Shown piece by piece: positions 27,535 to 40,493 of a stretch of 64,000 bases of DNA (position 1 is its first letter; the number at the start of each line of letters is the position of its first letter). The notes under the pieces are model-generated. The model was not told where the DNA came from and ran no database searches. It saw nothing but the letters and a program-made list of their open reading frames with translations. Origin of the DNA: Dipteris shenzhenensis (lineage: Eukaryota). The position numbers were made by a program, and so were the translations under genes. Where the stretch lies: assembly GCA_047967505.1 (NCBI GenBank), contig CM106538.1, one strand, 5' to 3'.

Positions 27535-29066
27535 ACTTATAGTAACTAACCTATAGTTACACTAACTAGTGGTAGTAAAATTAACCTAACTTGGTTAACC
27601 TACCCTAGTGATAGTTAGACTAACCTAATTTTAATTAAACTAACCTAATGCCAGTTAGACACAACTAACTCAAGTTAGTGAAACCTAACCTAGCTATCTA
27701 AACTAAATACATTAAAATTAACCTAACCTAACCTACCTAGGGTTAATGCAGGGTTAGTTAAAGGGTTTTTTTTAAAAAGTGAAATAACAGGGGGGTGGCG
27801 GTGGCTGGAGGGCAGGGGGTGGTTGCGGCTGGAGGGCAGAGCTGTGAGGGGATGGAGGTGGGAGTCGAGGGGTGGGGAGGAGGATGTGGAGAGGAGGGGA
27901 GGTGGAAGGAGGAGATGCGGGGCATGGGGAGGCAAGGAACCAGGAAGTGATACCCCAAACAATGAGCAAGGGAGAATGAAGAACAAGCAAGGGGGAACAT
28001 AATTGACATCACTCATTCTAACCTCTAAAAAAACTTATACATTGCTATGTGACATTATGGACCCCTTTAGCTCAAATTTGTTTGAATACAATATGTAGGA
28101 AATGGAAAAATGCATCCAAGAGAATTGATGCATAAATTCATATTGATACACTATGTAGGAAATGGAGAAATGCATCCAAGAGAGTCGATGCATATAATGA
28201 AAATTATTTTCTATAAGAACATCCCACTATGAATGCCTGGGTGGTGTACAATGATCCCCTATAAACGGAAGGTCTCTCATCTCCAAAAGGGATATGAACT
28301 TTCTTGCTTCTACTTCACACACTCATAGTAATCAAGCAACACACAATTGGCTGGAACAATGATACCCTAGGGACTTTCACATAATCTTGTAGTAGCTATT
28401 GGGATTTTTGTTAAAATTTATCTAGCAGGCCTTCTCTTCTCAACCAACTATAGCATAGGATAGCTAAGAGTACATAAGAAGCAAGAAAAAATTATATCCC
28501 CATGTTGACTAGCCAATTCTTGTATGGATACTACAATATCTAATATAGACATAAGAGGCATCCTACAAATTATTAGTCTTCTTATATCTAACGTAGATAT
28601 AAGAGGCATCCTACAGATTATCAAACTTCCTTCTAATCAAACATTATACTTCTTGACCACAATCTATATGATACCAAATCCATTTCTAGCCAATTGTTAG
28701 GAAGCTTTCCCACCATCACTTGCTTGACAATGTACTCAAATAACTCACCTTTAAATTTACTCAGTTAAATATTTGTCTTCCACATTGCAAGAGATGGTTA
28801 GAGTAGCACTCTTTTGAGTATGACTATATGAGTTTAAACCCTCAAGCCTTATGGGAAAAGAGGTTAGGCTGATTGCATATGCAATTTAGTAATGGTGGTC
28901 TATCATGCTATAATTTTGTGCCATACAAAAAAGTGTATCAATTCTTCATATATCCCATGGTTGGGATATCAAGGATTGCATATGAGATTTAAAATAAATA
29001 AATGAATAAATAAATGAGTGAATTAATAAACAAATAAGTAAATAAGTCAATATATATACATATATA

Positions 29067-29701
29067 CTCTCTAAATCCCTTGCAATTAAAAGAAAACTCT
29101 TGATTTATGCATATTTTGGCCTTTTGGGCACCACAAATGAGCTCAGAAGGCCCAAAAACCTTAGAAATGAATATAACATGGGTACCTTTTGGTGATTTCT
29201 CAAACCCCCTTTGGAGAAGAAGTGCACCTATTTCTAGCCAAAGCAACCTGCATGGGTTGCTTTGGCTAGAAATAGGTGCACTTCTTTTCCAGAGGGGGTT
29301 TTGAAACATCATTGAAAGGTACCCATGTTTTTAGTCATTTCTAGGGTTTTTGGGCCTCAGGGAGTTCACCTCAAAAAGTTTTAATGTACCACATGCATTC
29401 AAAAGGAGGGGTATTTTAATTCATCTTTTTTTTTAAAATTAACAAGATTACAATAACAGGAGGAGTTTTTTAATTTAATTTTTTTCAAAATCACTTAGTC
29501 CATAAGTAAAGAGGGGTGTCTTTATTGGGTGGAAATTTTTAGTTGAGGGGTTTTAAAATTACCCTTTGAACGCACGTGATACATATGCTTTCTTGCTAGT
29601 GCATCCCCTGAGTTTTGGGCCTTCTCAGCTCATTTCAAGTGCCAAAAAGGCCAAATTATGCATAGATAAAAAGTTTTGTTATTATTGCAAGGGATCTAGA
29701 G
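29067..29701. mobile_element. Fold-back (almost fully palindromic) MITE flanked by TA, with a nested MITE in its right arm
   Basis: Arms of ~185 bp pair around a centre near 29250 (AGCAACC TGCATG GGTTGCT); ends TA|CTCT...AGAG|TA. Confidence 0.85.
29356..29612. mobile_element. ~250-bp MITE, subfamily B
   Basis: Ends CTCAGGGAGTTCAC...GTGCATCCCCTGAG; perfect 8-bp TSD TTTTGGGC (29348-29355, 29613-29620). Confidence 0.92.
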
Positions 29702-30765
29702 TAAGAGTTTTCTTTTAGTGGAATAGTTTTCGCAGATCATTGCTAGTGATTCTGTACCTACAATGCATTGTCAAACCAAAATGTATAGTAGAGCTTTCTT
29801 TTAGTGGAAGAGATTTTGTAAATTGTTGTGCCAGTGATTTCGTACCTAGGATGCACTATCAATCCCAAATGTATCTTTCCTTAAACACAATGTAAAGTAA
29901 GTACATTTCAATGCTTTTGGGTGAATATTTTTAACTTGGAGCTTTCTTCCATTGTTAAACATGTGCTTGTCCATGCTCTAGCAATGCATGGGAATATTTT
30001 TTGTCTTTTATTAGTTATCAATAAACAACAACAAAGACACCAAAAGATCCAATGACTAATTGAGATTTGTGAAGTTAAATGTTGAAATTTATCAAGAAAA
30101 GGGACTAGGGAACCATCCCAAAATAGCAAGGGCATTAGGGACGGCACTACAGTAATATGCCATTGATTTTTTACATGCAACCTTCAACATTCTAGGTGCA
30201 AAGTAACTAGGTTTCCAATTTCTCTCCTTGAAAGTGCCACTAATTCTATTTGGAATGCTTTAATAAGACAACCAACATCTCACGCTAGTGGACAATCGTT
30301 AGCACAATGTTGTAGGGAAGCTCATGTGAGAAGGGGAGATTATGCCATGGTATTGCGAAGGGAATCCACCCCGAAGGTTATAATCAAGAATTTTAGAAGA
30401 AGAAGGGAGGGGGGAGGGGGGGAGGAGGGCAATGTATTAGAATAATAGAGGGGCAAGTTCGATATTGGGTGTCCTCGACTCTTTTGTAAGAATTACAAGC
30501 TGAGCTTATATTTCACAATAGTCTACTAGTTCACAATACTCTACTAGTTACAACGCAGAAGCCCAAATTTAACGAACTACCATCATTGATAGATGTATAA
30601 GAAAGGAAATGCCTACTATTATCCATTTACGTTTTCACACACAAGAGGGCAAGCCACTTATTATTTATTGTATACCATAATCCACCATATCCTTGAGCTA
30701 TTAGCCCAAGAGTTTCATACAAGCCCTATTTATTATATGCTAAAATCCACAGGAGAGATGCCTTC

Positions 30766-31767
30766 TTATGCATTCGCAGGAGGTATCCATAAGAGATGGC
30801 TTCCATAAATCCAATGGCAGTCCTGCTCATCTGGGCTCATGCCTGGCATAGGTTTGGTTGTAATGGTGCTCACGGCGTGGCAGATCGCTATGCGCTTGCT
30901 AATCACTCCCGCTTTAGTTTGCAAGGTGACGCTGTAGATCTTGGTACCTTCGATGTAATGGCAAAAGAAGAGTGCATGAGGGAAAGCAAAGCTGTGACAC
31001 GATACTGGTGGTGCCTTTCCATCGTATCTCACCTCTGCGTTCAAGACTCGGACTGCCTCTTTCGACCCGACCGTGTCGGAGCTTGTGATCAGCTCCGAGG
31101 CTTGAGGGAGGACCGATACAACGAAATTTACGAGCATATCCATCGATCTGGCACATACCCATCTTTGGCCTTGAGGAGCATGAGCTTCGCATTCCTCTAG
31201 CGACCCGAGCATGTTCTTCGACATGTTGGATCGGGTAGCGTATCCAAACAATCCTAGCATGACAGGCAAACGTTTGCTTCCATAGGGAAGCTGGTCGATG
31301 ATGGAGTTTGGAAGAAAGGCGGTGAGTGGGACGTTGTCATGAAGATCTGGCAGGATTATCTCACTACCGCTAACGAGCTGTTTCTCATGGACATATTCGT
31401 TAGGCTGAGCGCCGGGTCCTCTTCCCATATGACGAGAATCCACAACAGACACGAGTTCGGTGTCTACGACGCATAAGACCTTTGCGTCCCTACACGATTT
31501 AGTTGAGAGCTGGCCATGACTGACTTCCTCAGAAAAGCGATGAGCAGCGAGCCCTCTGAGACTGGGTAGACGTTTACGAAGCAAGTCGGGCATGCGAGTC
31601 GTGGGAAAAGCTTTCAGCCAAACATTTTCTTCATTCGACTGATCTTCTAGGGGAAGCGCCACTCCAATACTGTAGATTGCTATTAGCATCAGGGTCCATG
31701 CCTGCATCAAAGCAGTAGTTCGACAGTCAGCCATTTCGTAAAGAAGCAGCGAAGCACGAGCTAGCAT
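30766..31767 (-). CDS. BURP-domain protein, intronless, with a probable signal peptide (true start may be the ATG at 31734)
   Basis: Intact 333-aa ORF; hydrophobic N-terminus (WTLMLIAIYSIGVA); BURP signature LEECE...CARSMDMLVNFV...CH-x10-CH-x25-CH-x19-CH-x8-W. Confidence 0.92.
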   Translation of the reverse strand: MLARASLLLYEMADCRTTALMQAWTLMLIAIYSIGVALPLEDQSNEENVWLKAFPTTRMPDLLRKRLPSLRGLAAHRFSEEVSHGQLSTKSCRDAKVLCVVDTELVSVVDSRHMGRGPGAQPNEYVHEKQLVSGSEIILPDLHDNVPLTAFLPNSIIDQLPYGSKRLPVMLGLFGYATRSNMSKNMLGSLEECEAHAPQGQRWVCARSMDMLVNFVVSVLPQASELITSSDTVGSKEAVRVLNAEVRYDGKAPPVSCHSFAFPHALFFCHYIEGTKIYSVTLQTKAGVISKRIAICHAVSTITTKPMPGMSPDEQDCHWIYGSHLLWIPPANA

Positions 31768-33111
31768 TCGGCCAAGATCGTCTTAAATACTATGTTTCAT
31801 TATGACAACATACATATTTAATTGACTGCACAAGGCGTGCAATGAGGCGAACGTCATAAATTTTGTAAGCAAATGGTGGCTAATTGGTATTTAGTCCTTG
31901 CGAAAGCTGTAAGCGCTAGTATCCGTACCAGTAGTTCAGGCGATAAGATAGATACCCTTCATGTTGAGAAAAGAGATGCTCTAGCACACTGAGAACCGAC
32001 TAGGATGGTAAGGTTTTATAGTGCCTTGAGAGCAAGCACTAGGATGGTAACGTTTTATAGTGCCTTTAGATCGTGTCAAGGGCCACTATCTTCGGGATGC
32101 AAACCAAGCCTCGTGTTGGGGATGTTTATGTCAATTCACTTTTTTTTTTCTAATTAATGAAAGTGGTCTTCTCTTATCTTTTTCTCTCTTAAGGAGAGCT
32201 TTGGGGGAGGACGATTGGGGAAATATTGACCATTGGATTAGATTTGGTAAATATCGACCATTGGATGACTATTGGATGATTTTCTTCAAAACGTGAAGGC
32301 TTTCATGCAAAAAGTAGTTACATTTGAGAATTCCATTCGTGTCCATTTCCCATCGATCTTTTAATCTCTTGTCTCCATTTCCTATCGATCCTCAAATCTG
32401 TAATTTGATGCTCTCTGAATATCATCGATCTGCTCTGGTGCATTAAGGTTTTCTTTCGTCTTCAATCAAAGTATTTTTGTAATGATATGTTGAAAAAGTA
32501 CTACGAACATGAAGGTTTTCTTTCGTCTTCGCTCTCAATGTTTATTCGTAGGATGTGCACTGAGGGTGGGGATTTGGAATATATGTGTATTTTCAATGCA
32601 TGGTAGTCAAGAGCAATATTTCCCACACACTATAGAACCACAATTGTTGATGACATGAAAATTTTTGGCAATCGTGGACGACAACCACCCTGCAATAAAT
32701 GCACACTCAGTATTGAGAATTTGAGACTTTGTTGTATCAAGGAATTATGCACATAGAAGAGATCTCCTTTTTCAACATGCTTCGAGAAGCCAATGGTCTG
32801 GTGGAATCATTGTCACGTTTTCTCAAGGGAGCTTGGAAGAGCACAGCATGATGCAGGGAAGGCCACAAGTGCTTGGAATCATTGTCACATCTTTTCAATA
32901 GAGCTTGGAAGAGCACGGCGTGATGCAGGGAAGGCAACAACTCCTCCCGAACCAATATGTTACAAGTCACGTTTTCTGCCTTGCATGTGGCCTACACCCT
33001 TTGTCTCTACACATTGCAATGGTCCACCCACAGCTCATCAAGAGAACCTCCAGTTTTGTAGCGTAGGCACAAGCTACACATGGTAGTACCACGTTGGCCG
33101 AGCATGCCACC

Positions 33112-33361
33112 CTCGGGGGGGTCACTCATCATATGTAACTTTATCACGTGAGTTCAACAGAAGGATATTTTTTATTCCTAAAATTTACAAAAATATAAAA
33201 TATACATAAGGGACTTTTTAAAATAGTTTTGAAAAAAATTTACAGATTTGTATAGAAAAGGGGTACATTTTATTAATGAAAAAATTTACAGATAAGGGAT
33301 TTTAAATATAGGCCTTGAACGCACGTGATATAGAGGGTTTATACATAGTGACCCCCTCGAG
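33112..33361. mobile_element. 250-bp MITE, subfamily A
   Basis: TIR CTCGGGGGGGTCACT / AGTGACCCCCTCGAG; perfect 8-bp TSD ATGCCACC (33104-33111, 33362-33369). Confidence 0.95.
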
Positions 33362-34749
33362 ATGCCACCTTGGCACCAGCAAGATTTTTTGGACTCGGCT
33401 TGTAATAAGATGTCCTTTGCATCCTTGGATTCAATTTAATCGCTTCCATTCAAATCTCGATTGACGATGTCGAGCAGTTGCATATATACTTTGAGAGGGA
33501 GAAAATGAGCATTGAGTTAATTTAGAGCACGAGCAGAGTCATCACAGTTTCGTATTGCATTCGTGGCTTGATTCTAGGCAATCACAAGGTATGCCTTTAC
33601 AACAATGTCAGCACTGTTTCGTATTGCATTTAACATTTTGCAGTCGGATTCTATAAAATTCATGATCAAAGGCATTTTCGAATTCATAGCTACGCTCAAA
33701 GGCATTTTAGAGTCAATTTAGCGGAAACAATTAAAAAGCATTAATTTGGTGAGTATATATTTATTTCTTTCAAGTTGATGGTGTTTAAAAATGAATGACA
33801 TAGGAGAGCAAGCTGAAAATCGGGATTGCTATAGCAGGAGAATGCATGAGAACAGGGGAGGGAGGGGATAAAGTCAAGGTGAATTGGGTAGGTTAGTAGA
33901 TGCTTCACATTTTAGATCTCATTGGCTATAAAAGGACCCCGATCAATCAGAGTTCCCAATCAAACGAGAGAAGTGTTGCCATGAGCTCATTTGGAGGCTT
34001 AAAGAAAGCTTTATGTCGAAATCTTCTACCTCCCTCACCGCAAGTTTACATACATGTAATGCGGTTCTCGATGGTGTTATGCTGCTAGAATCTACAAGAT
34101 ATTATGAATGATTTCAGTGCTGTTTTGAATCTTGTAAGGTACTTCCGGATCTTTGTGGGACAGTAGACGTGCAAAGTGGTTCAACACACACACACACAAA
34201 GAGGACATGGAGGAGAAGAAAGTCCCCGATGCAATTGGCACCTAGCAATCTATTAAGGGAAGCACATGACGAATTATACGAGATTTTTTGATCAACATTC
34301 TCATATTAATCCTGAGGCGATTTGAGGAGGATGGTTGTGATTTTATGGTTCCAACTATACAAGTGTTGCTAGGCACCGTGAAAAGGATTGATGGCATCGG
34401 GTTTTATTTTTATGACCAATCAACCTTGCTTAGCGAGTTTCGCAACAAACAAAGTAAAATCAAAAGTCACTAAAGGGAAAAACATCTATTGAGCAGCTCT
34501 TTATTGAGTGGATCTTTAAGGCTGCTCAACGGCTTACTTTCTGTGTGGAGCACGGGCTTGATGCTACATCTCATACAACATTCCAACTACGACATCTTAC
34601 AACAGGTTCGGGAGCCGAGCTCTAACATCGACCTCTGGCCAGCAGGCCACTAACCCACTAACATGGACACTACATGTCAATTCACTTTTTTCAGTTTCCA
34701 GCTATAAAGCGAGAGTGGTTGTACACAAATAATTGATACTTTCCTGTTC

Positions 34750-35325
34750 CATCACGCAAAGTTTGAGTTGCTGTCCGGGCTGTTCCAGGCTACCTTTAGC
34801 AAACGTTCTGCGATCGAATTCTGTGCACTCGAAGATACATGAATCATGTTTACCTCGAGCGATTCACTGGCAGGGTTTCGTTCTCGTCTTCAGCAGATTG
34901 TTTGCCTCCAACTTCCAAGCGATTCGTCGAGCAGAATCATCGCCAGCTGTCTCCATCCGACTAGATCGTCTGTCTCAATCAAGCTTTCCTGCGTGAACGA
35001 CTCTTGCTGTGAGCACTGGACGCTGCCCAGTGCGGAACATGGATGATGGTATCACCGTATCACGCAAAGTTTGAGTTGCTGTCCCAGCGTACCTTGATCG
35101 TCTCCGACTCTCCGTTAGCAAAGGCTCTGCGATCGAATTCCGTGCAGTCGAAGATCCGTGAATCATGTTTATCTCCAGCGATTCACTGGCAGGGATTCGT
35201 TCTCGTCTTCAGCAGATTGTTTACCTCAAACTTCCAAGAGATTGGTCCAGCAGAATCATCGCAAGAATTATCAGCTGTCTCCATCGAGTTAGATCGTCTG
35301 TCTCAATCAAGCTGTCCTGCGTGCA
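34750..35325. repeat. Diverged direct duplication of ~250 bp (34750-34995 / 35060-35325)
   Basis: Both copies begin ATCACGCAAAGTTTGAGTTGCTGTCC and end AGATCGTCTGTCTCAATCAAGCT..CCTGCGTG. Confidence 0.85.
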
Positions 35326-35473
35326 CGGCTCTTGCACTGGACCGTAGAATTGCCTGTGTCCAGTGCGGCCTCCACTGGTGTCTTAAATGCTTTGGAATCT
35401 TACGATCGGCCTCGCTTTTATCGAAGCTTGCGATCAGCTTCACGTTTGTCGAATCTTACGATCAGCCTGACGT

Positions 35474-36488
35474 CAGTGCTTAAATTTGCTGCGGGCTTCA
35501 CAAAATTTTCCATGAAGTTTTTAAAAAAAAATCAAGCTTCAAAATGAAGCTTTTAATCTTAAGTTAGGCTTAGTTTTATAAACTCACCTTTACTTCTAAA
35601 TAAACTAGAGTTATAGTCTATAGAATAAATCATACATATAACTAAAACATCAATAATTGTTCTATCTTCAAAGAAGCAAGGCTACCGAAGGAGATGTAGA
35701 GGACTGAAGGAAGATCTATCTTCAAAGAAGTGAGGCTACCGAAGGAGATGTAGAGGACTGAAGCAGGTTCATGTTTATCCAGCCATCGCAGGCAGTCGGC
35801 AGCATCTTCCTGAACCAAATGCTCACGAGTCAGTGGGAGTAGGCTTTCTCTTCACAGAACTTGTAAACTCATTATATTTATATCCTTAGGTAATACAAGA
35901 ATCCATGGCCGACTCCTCACTTCTGAGTCGGATAGCCCACTGCCCGACTGGCCTTTTCTTGGAGCCTGGAGGCTGGAGGAGTCGGAAGGACTGAGCATCA
36001 CGATTCACCATGGTGTAGTAGAAGGCTGAGGCTAGCCTCTGGCCAGTGGCGGGAAAGAATTGCAGATGGATCATGGAAGTTGAGAGACTGAGCACTGAGC
36101 AGGGCTGAGGGAGACAGTAGACTCAAGACTCGTCGAGAGGCTAGAGTGAGCAGGCTGTAGCCAGCTCGAGAGAGATCTGGAAATTTTTGGATTCTGAGAG
36201 AGAGACTCTCCCCGCCCCCCAAGATTTGAGAAGTCTACTTCAAAAACTTCAAACGAGTTATGACTTCAAACTGCATTCTACAGACTACTATGCATAATGT
36301 ATATATATTATATACTATACTATAGTCTGTAGTATTTACTTGAAGCTTTGGAAATAGGCCTGAGCTTCAAAATGAAGCTTATACGAAGATACCAGGCTTC
36401 AGGAATGCTGTGTAGCTAAATTTTCTGAGAGTCATTTAAAGCCCAAAATGCCAATGAAGCTCAATCTGTGCAGCAAATTTAAGCACTG
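35474..36488. mobile_element. Non-autonomous hAT-type DNA transposon (1015 bp)
   Basis: 19-bp perfect TIR CAGTGCTTAAATTTGCTGC; perfect 8-bp TSD CCTGACGT (35466-35473, 36489-36496); many subterminal TGAAGC/GCTTCA motifs; no transposase. Confidence 0.93.
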
Positions 36489-37152
36489 CCTGACGTTTAT
36501 CATAGCGATAATCAGCCTCTGAATAATTTTGGGACGACTTGGTCTAGAAATGAAGGAGAAATCGATGAAAAACCAGTCTATTTAAGAGAAGACATAGCTT
36601 TCACAACTGAAGAAGATGCTGCTGGCCCTGGTAGTGTGACGTGCCATTTTGCCTCAGATTTATACTGAGTCTTCTCTTATTACTAGGTACCTTTGATTGC
36701 GCAGCAAATGCCCCAATCTTGATGCTATGTGGAGTGAGGTAGCAATCTTCCAAGGTTACTCTGTTTCTGCAAGCATTTCTTGAGTATTTTTTTAAAAATA
36801 GATGCTACACTAAATGCTAAGTTGATGCTTGAGGAGTTAGAATTCAAATCAAAGATTTAGAGATTTCCTTTTCAGATCAGAGAATGCTCTTTGAAGTTCA
36901 GTTGATGTTGATTTCTTGACAAAATGCCAAACTCTCAATCTTCTTCTTCAAGTGCCAAGAAGACTACAAAGACAAAGTACAAGGTAAAGAAGACCCCAAT
37001 TAAGAGGTTGTGGGAGAAGCCAATTGGTTATGATTATGCCAAATAATTAGGTTTTTCAGAATTCTTATCTTGCAATTTGCATCTATATGGTGAAGGATTG
37101 ACCTTTTGTAAAGGGATTAGACACTACCATTAATTTGGTAAGACCTTCCTAA

Positions 37153-37985
37153 ATGGCTTCCAAACTTAAAATAGATAAGTTTGAAGGAGAGGGGTTCCAC
37201 ACTTGGCAAACAAAATTGAAGTTTATTCTCATGAAAAAGGGGATATGGAAGGTAGCAAATGGCAAAGAAACTAAACCTACAACTAGAGAAGGAGAAGCTT
37301 CATGGCTTCCAAAAGATGAAAAAGCTCTTCCTATAGTTGCTCTTGGTCTGAGTGATTCCTTTATTCATCACATTGATAGATGTGAGACTGCTCATGCTGC
37401 ATGGACTCATCTTGAGCATGTGTTTGGAGCACAGGGAAGATGCTCTAAGTATAGCTTGCTTATCAAGTTTTTTGACTTAAGATTGGAAAGGGGGGAGACC
37501 ATCTCTTCACAAATAAATTCAATGAAGAGCATTTTGACACAGTTATCTAGCATCAAGTTTAATCTTGATGAAGATATTGTCATTGCCATCTTACTTAGAA
37601 GTCTCAATGAAGAATATGGCACTATTATAACGACACTCACCAATATTCCAGAGATAAGTCTGGTAGAAATTGAAGCATTACTCTTGGAGGAGGAGAGAAA
37701 GATCAAACAAAGAAGTGATTACAAAGAAGGGGCATATTTGGCTAGAAGCATCTTAAGCAACTTCAAGGGAAAGAGCAAAATGACATGTAACTTTTGTGGC
37801 AAACCTACACACTTTGAAAAGGAATGTTATGCCAAAAAGAGATGTTAGGCCAATCTTGTTGAGGAAGCAGAAACTGAAGAAGAAGAAGAACGAGAGAATG
37901 TCAAAACTCAAGCTCTCACTGCTTACAACACCCTCACAACACCCAAGTCAAATCTGACAAGGGTAAGGATCCATATGTTTTCTGA
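37153..37985 (+). pseudogene. gag: Copia-type Gag of a second gag-only element (LTRs not resolved)
   Basis: KFEGEGFHTWQTKLKFILM, LLRSLNEEYG and CNFCGKPTHFEKEC; paralogous to 26014-26874; no pol follows. Confidence 0.82.
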
Positions 37986-39093
37986 GTTTACCGGGCTAGT
38001 TTAGGACAATCACATTAAGTCCAAGCCACCCCGGTCTAGAAATTAAGTGATATGTGACCCGAATAGGAGGAGATTAAATTTAACTAATTTAAGTACGAAG
38101 AAACACAGTAATTTCAACCATCGAGACCATCAACAAAACTAATGTCTATTCAACCATGTTGGTTCAAGATAATCACATAATTGGTGATTGAGCTGAAGCA
38201 GCCACCACAGTTGCATGACGTTCTAACCACCGGGCTGGTTTAGTAAAATAGCAATATATTTCTTTTCTGCTGCAAAATATATTGTTTTTAATTTCTGCTC
38301 AACCATGCCACTAGGTGGGTCAACAACTACTGTCTGTTTCAGGATAATCATATAATTGGTGCTTGAGCTAAACTAGCCTATGGTTGCATGATGTTTGAAC
38401 CACCAGGCTGCTGTAGGACAATCACATCTAGTCCAAGCCTAGTTTAAGAAATGAAACAAGTAAAGTATCCCAAAGCTCAATCGCAAAATATACTTATTTT
38501 AAAAATAATAAATTTTAATATTTTTTAAATAATTAACATTTATTTGTTTATTTTTTATCTGGGACGGGACAGAAGAGACCGTGGTTGGGACGGGCAAACA
38601 TCGAGGCACGTGAGGATGGGAGGTGGGAGGAGACTAGGGTGGGTGAAAGGGGGGGGGTGGACCAAGACACATCGGGTGGAGGAGGCCAGCATGGGTAATG
38701 ATCGATGCAAGCGAGGCCGAGAGGAGGCTAGGGTGGGTGGAGGAGGCTAGGTGACCAGAGGAGGCTAGGGGCGGTATGGTTCATAGAGGTAAGTAAGGGG
38801 GGGCGCCCTCGCTTAACATCCCCCCCCCTTCCTTACCCACTCCCACTCCCCCCCCACTTAACATGTTGTGCTAGTAGCCTTTAGATTTAATGTTTCTCCT
38901 TTTTCAAGTAATATTTAATAGCCTAGTAGTAAAGAAGGATTTTGCCCAACAAAGAGGTCATGGGTTCCACTCCTCATTTTGCATTGTTGCTCCCCATCCC
39001 CTCCAACCTAATGCACATGCAACAGGTTTGGCCCCCCCCCCAACAGGTTTGCTGGAAAGGTTCTCTCTATCTCTCTCTGTCTCTCTCTCTCTC

Positions 39094-39339
39094 CTCGGGG
39101 GGGTCACTATGTATAAACCCTCTATACCACGTGCGTTCAAGGCCTATTTCTAAAATCCCTTATCTGTAAATTTTTCATTAATAAAATGTACCCCTTTTCT
39201 ATACAAATCTGTAAATTTTTCCCAAAACTATTTTAAAGAGTCCCTTATGTATATTTATTTCTGTAAATTTTAGAAATAAAAAATATCCTTCTGTTGAACT
39301 CACGTGATAGGGTTACATATGATGAGTGACCCCCCCGAG
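39094..39339. mobile_element. ~246-bp MITE, subfamily A (inverted relative to 33112)
   Basis: Perfect TIR CTCGGGGGGGTCACT; inserted in a (CT)n tract, consistent with TSD TCTCTCTC. Confidence 0.93.
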
Positions 39340-39711
39340 TCTCTCTCTCTCCAACCTATTGTGTACGCAATAAGTTGGGAGGTGGGGAAGGGTGGGAACT
39401 CTCTCTCTCTCTCTCTCAAACCTATGCATACTCAGTAGGTTGGGGGGGGGGACCTGCTCTCCTTCAACATCCTAACCTCTACCTCCTCCCTCTGTCCACC
39501 GCCTCTCCCCTCAAATCCTAACCTCTACCTCCTCCCCTTCCCCTGCTCGCCCCCTCACCCTACAACCCCCTCCTTCCCTTCCCCGCCTTCCCCCCTCCAT
39601 AGCCCTCCCTCCACCTCCTAACCTTTACCTCCTCCCCTTACCCTCCTCTCCCTCTCCACTGCCTTGGTCCCTCTACATCCTAATCTCTACCTCCTTGCAA
39701 TTGGCAACACC

Positions 39712-39759
<48 letters not shown>

Positions 39760-39871
39760 TGAGAGAAAAAGTCAGAGAGATGAGAGATAGAGACAGAGTG
39801 AGAGTCGAGAAGGAGAGAGAGAGGAGAGGAGAGGAGATGAAGGAGGGAGAGGAATGGCATACACATGTATG

Positions 39872-39927
<56 letters not shown>

Positions 39928-39965
39928 GGAGAGGAGATGAGGGAGAGAGAAAAATAGCAAACGCA

Positions 39966-40056
<91 letters not shown>

Positions 40057-40243
40057 TATGTGAGAGAGAGGAGATTAAAAAAGTAGATGGAGAAGGTGGA
40101 AGCATATGAGGGAAAGGAGAGTAGGAGGAGGAGGAGGTCGAGAATGATGGAGGAGGAGGAATATTTGAAAATGAGGAGGAAGTATTGATTTTATGGGAGG
40201 TGGGAAAAAATTGGGTTTAGGGTAGCTTTTTAGTTCGGATAAG

Positions 40244-40493
40244 GGTTCACCTATAAGAATTTAGTGTACCACGTGCATTCCAAAGGAGGCATATTTTAAT
40301 TCAACTTTTTGAAATAATCTAATAGGATTACAATAACAAGAGGGGTTTTTTAATAAGACTCTAGAAAAAAATCACTTAGTTTAAAAGTATAGTGGGGAGG
40401 TTTTATTCGGGGGGAAATTTTAGTTGAGGGGTTTATTAAATACTCCTTGAGTGCAGGTTATACATATAGTTTCTTATTAGTGCACCCCCCAAG
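40244..40493. mobile_element. MITE subfamily B, left TIR eroded
   Basis: Interior matches 1471-1723; GGATAAG lies on both sides (40237-40243, 40494-40500). Confidence 0.8.

Larger units (their letters stand above)
21925..28020 (-). mobile_element. gag: Decayed Athila-like Gypsy 5' half (leader and gag), interrupted by a gag-only LTR element
   Basis: Gag text FPMALTDEASEWY...LEQGQQEDVCAYL...WFVAGLRKEI (23394-24110); leader 24300-24860 and 27540-28020 matches the reverse complement of 54700-55830. Confidence 0.8.

Noticed and set aside
33112-33361. MITE family as the non-autonomous partner of the H3-protease element
   Set aside because: No CTCGGGGGG terminus is seen at the cassette's left junction (~58232), so no link can be supported.
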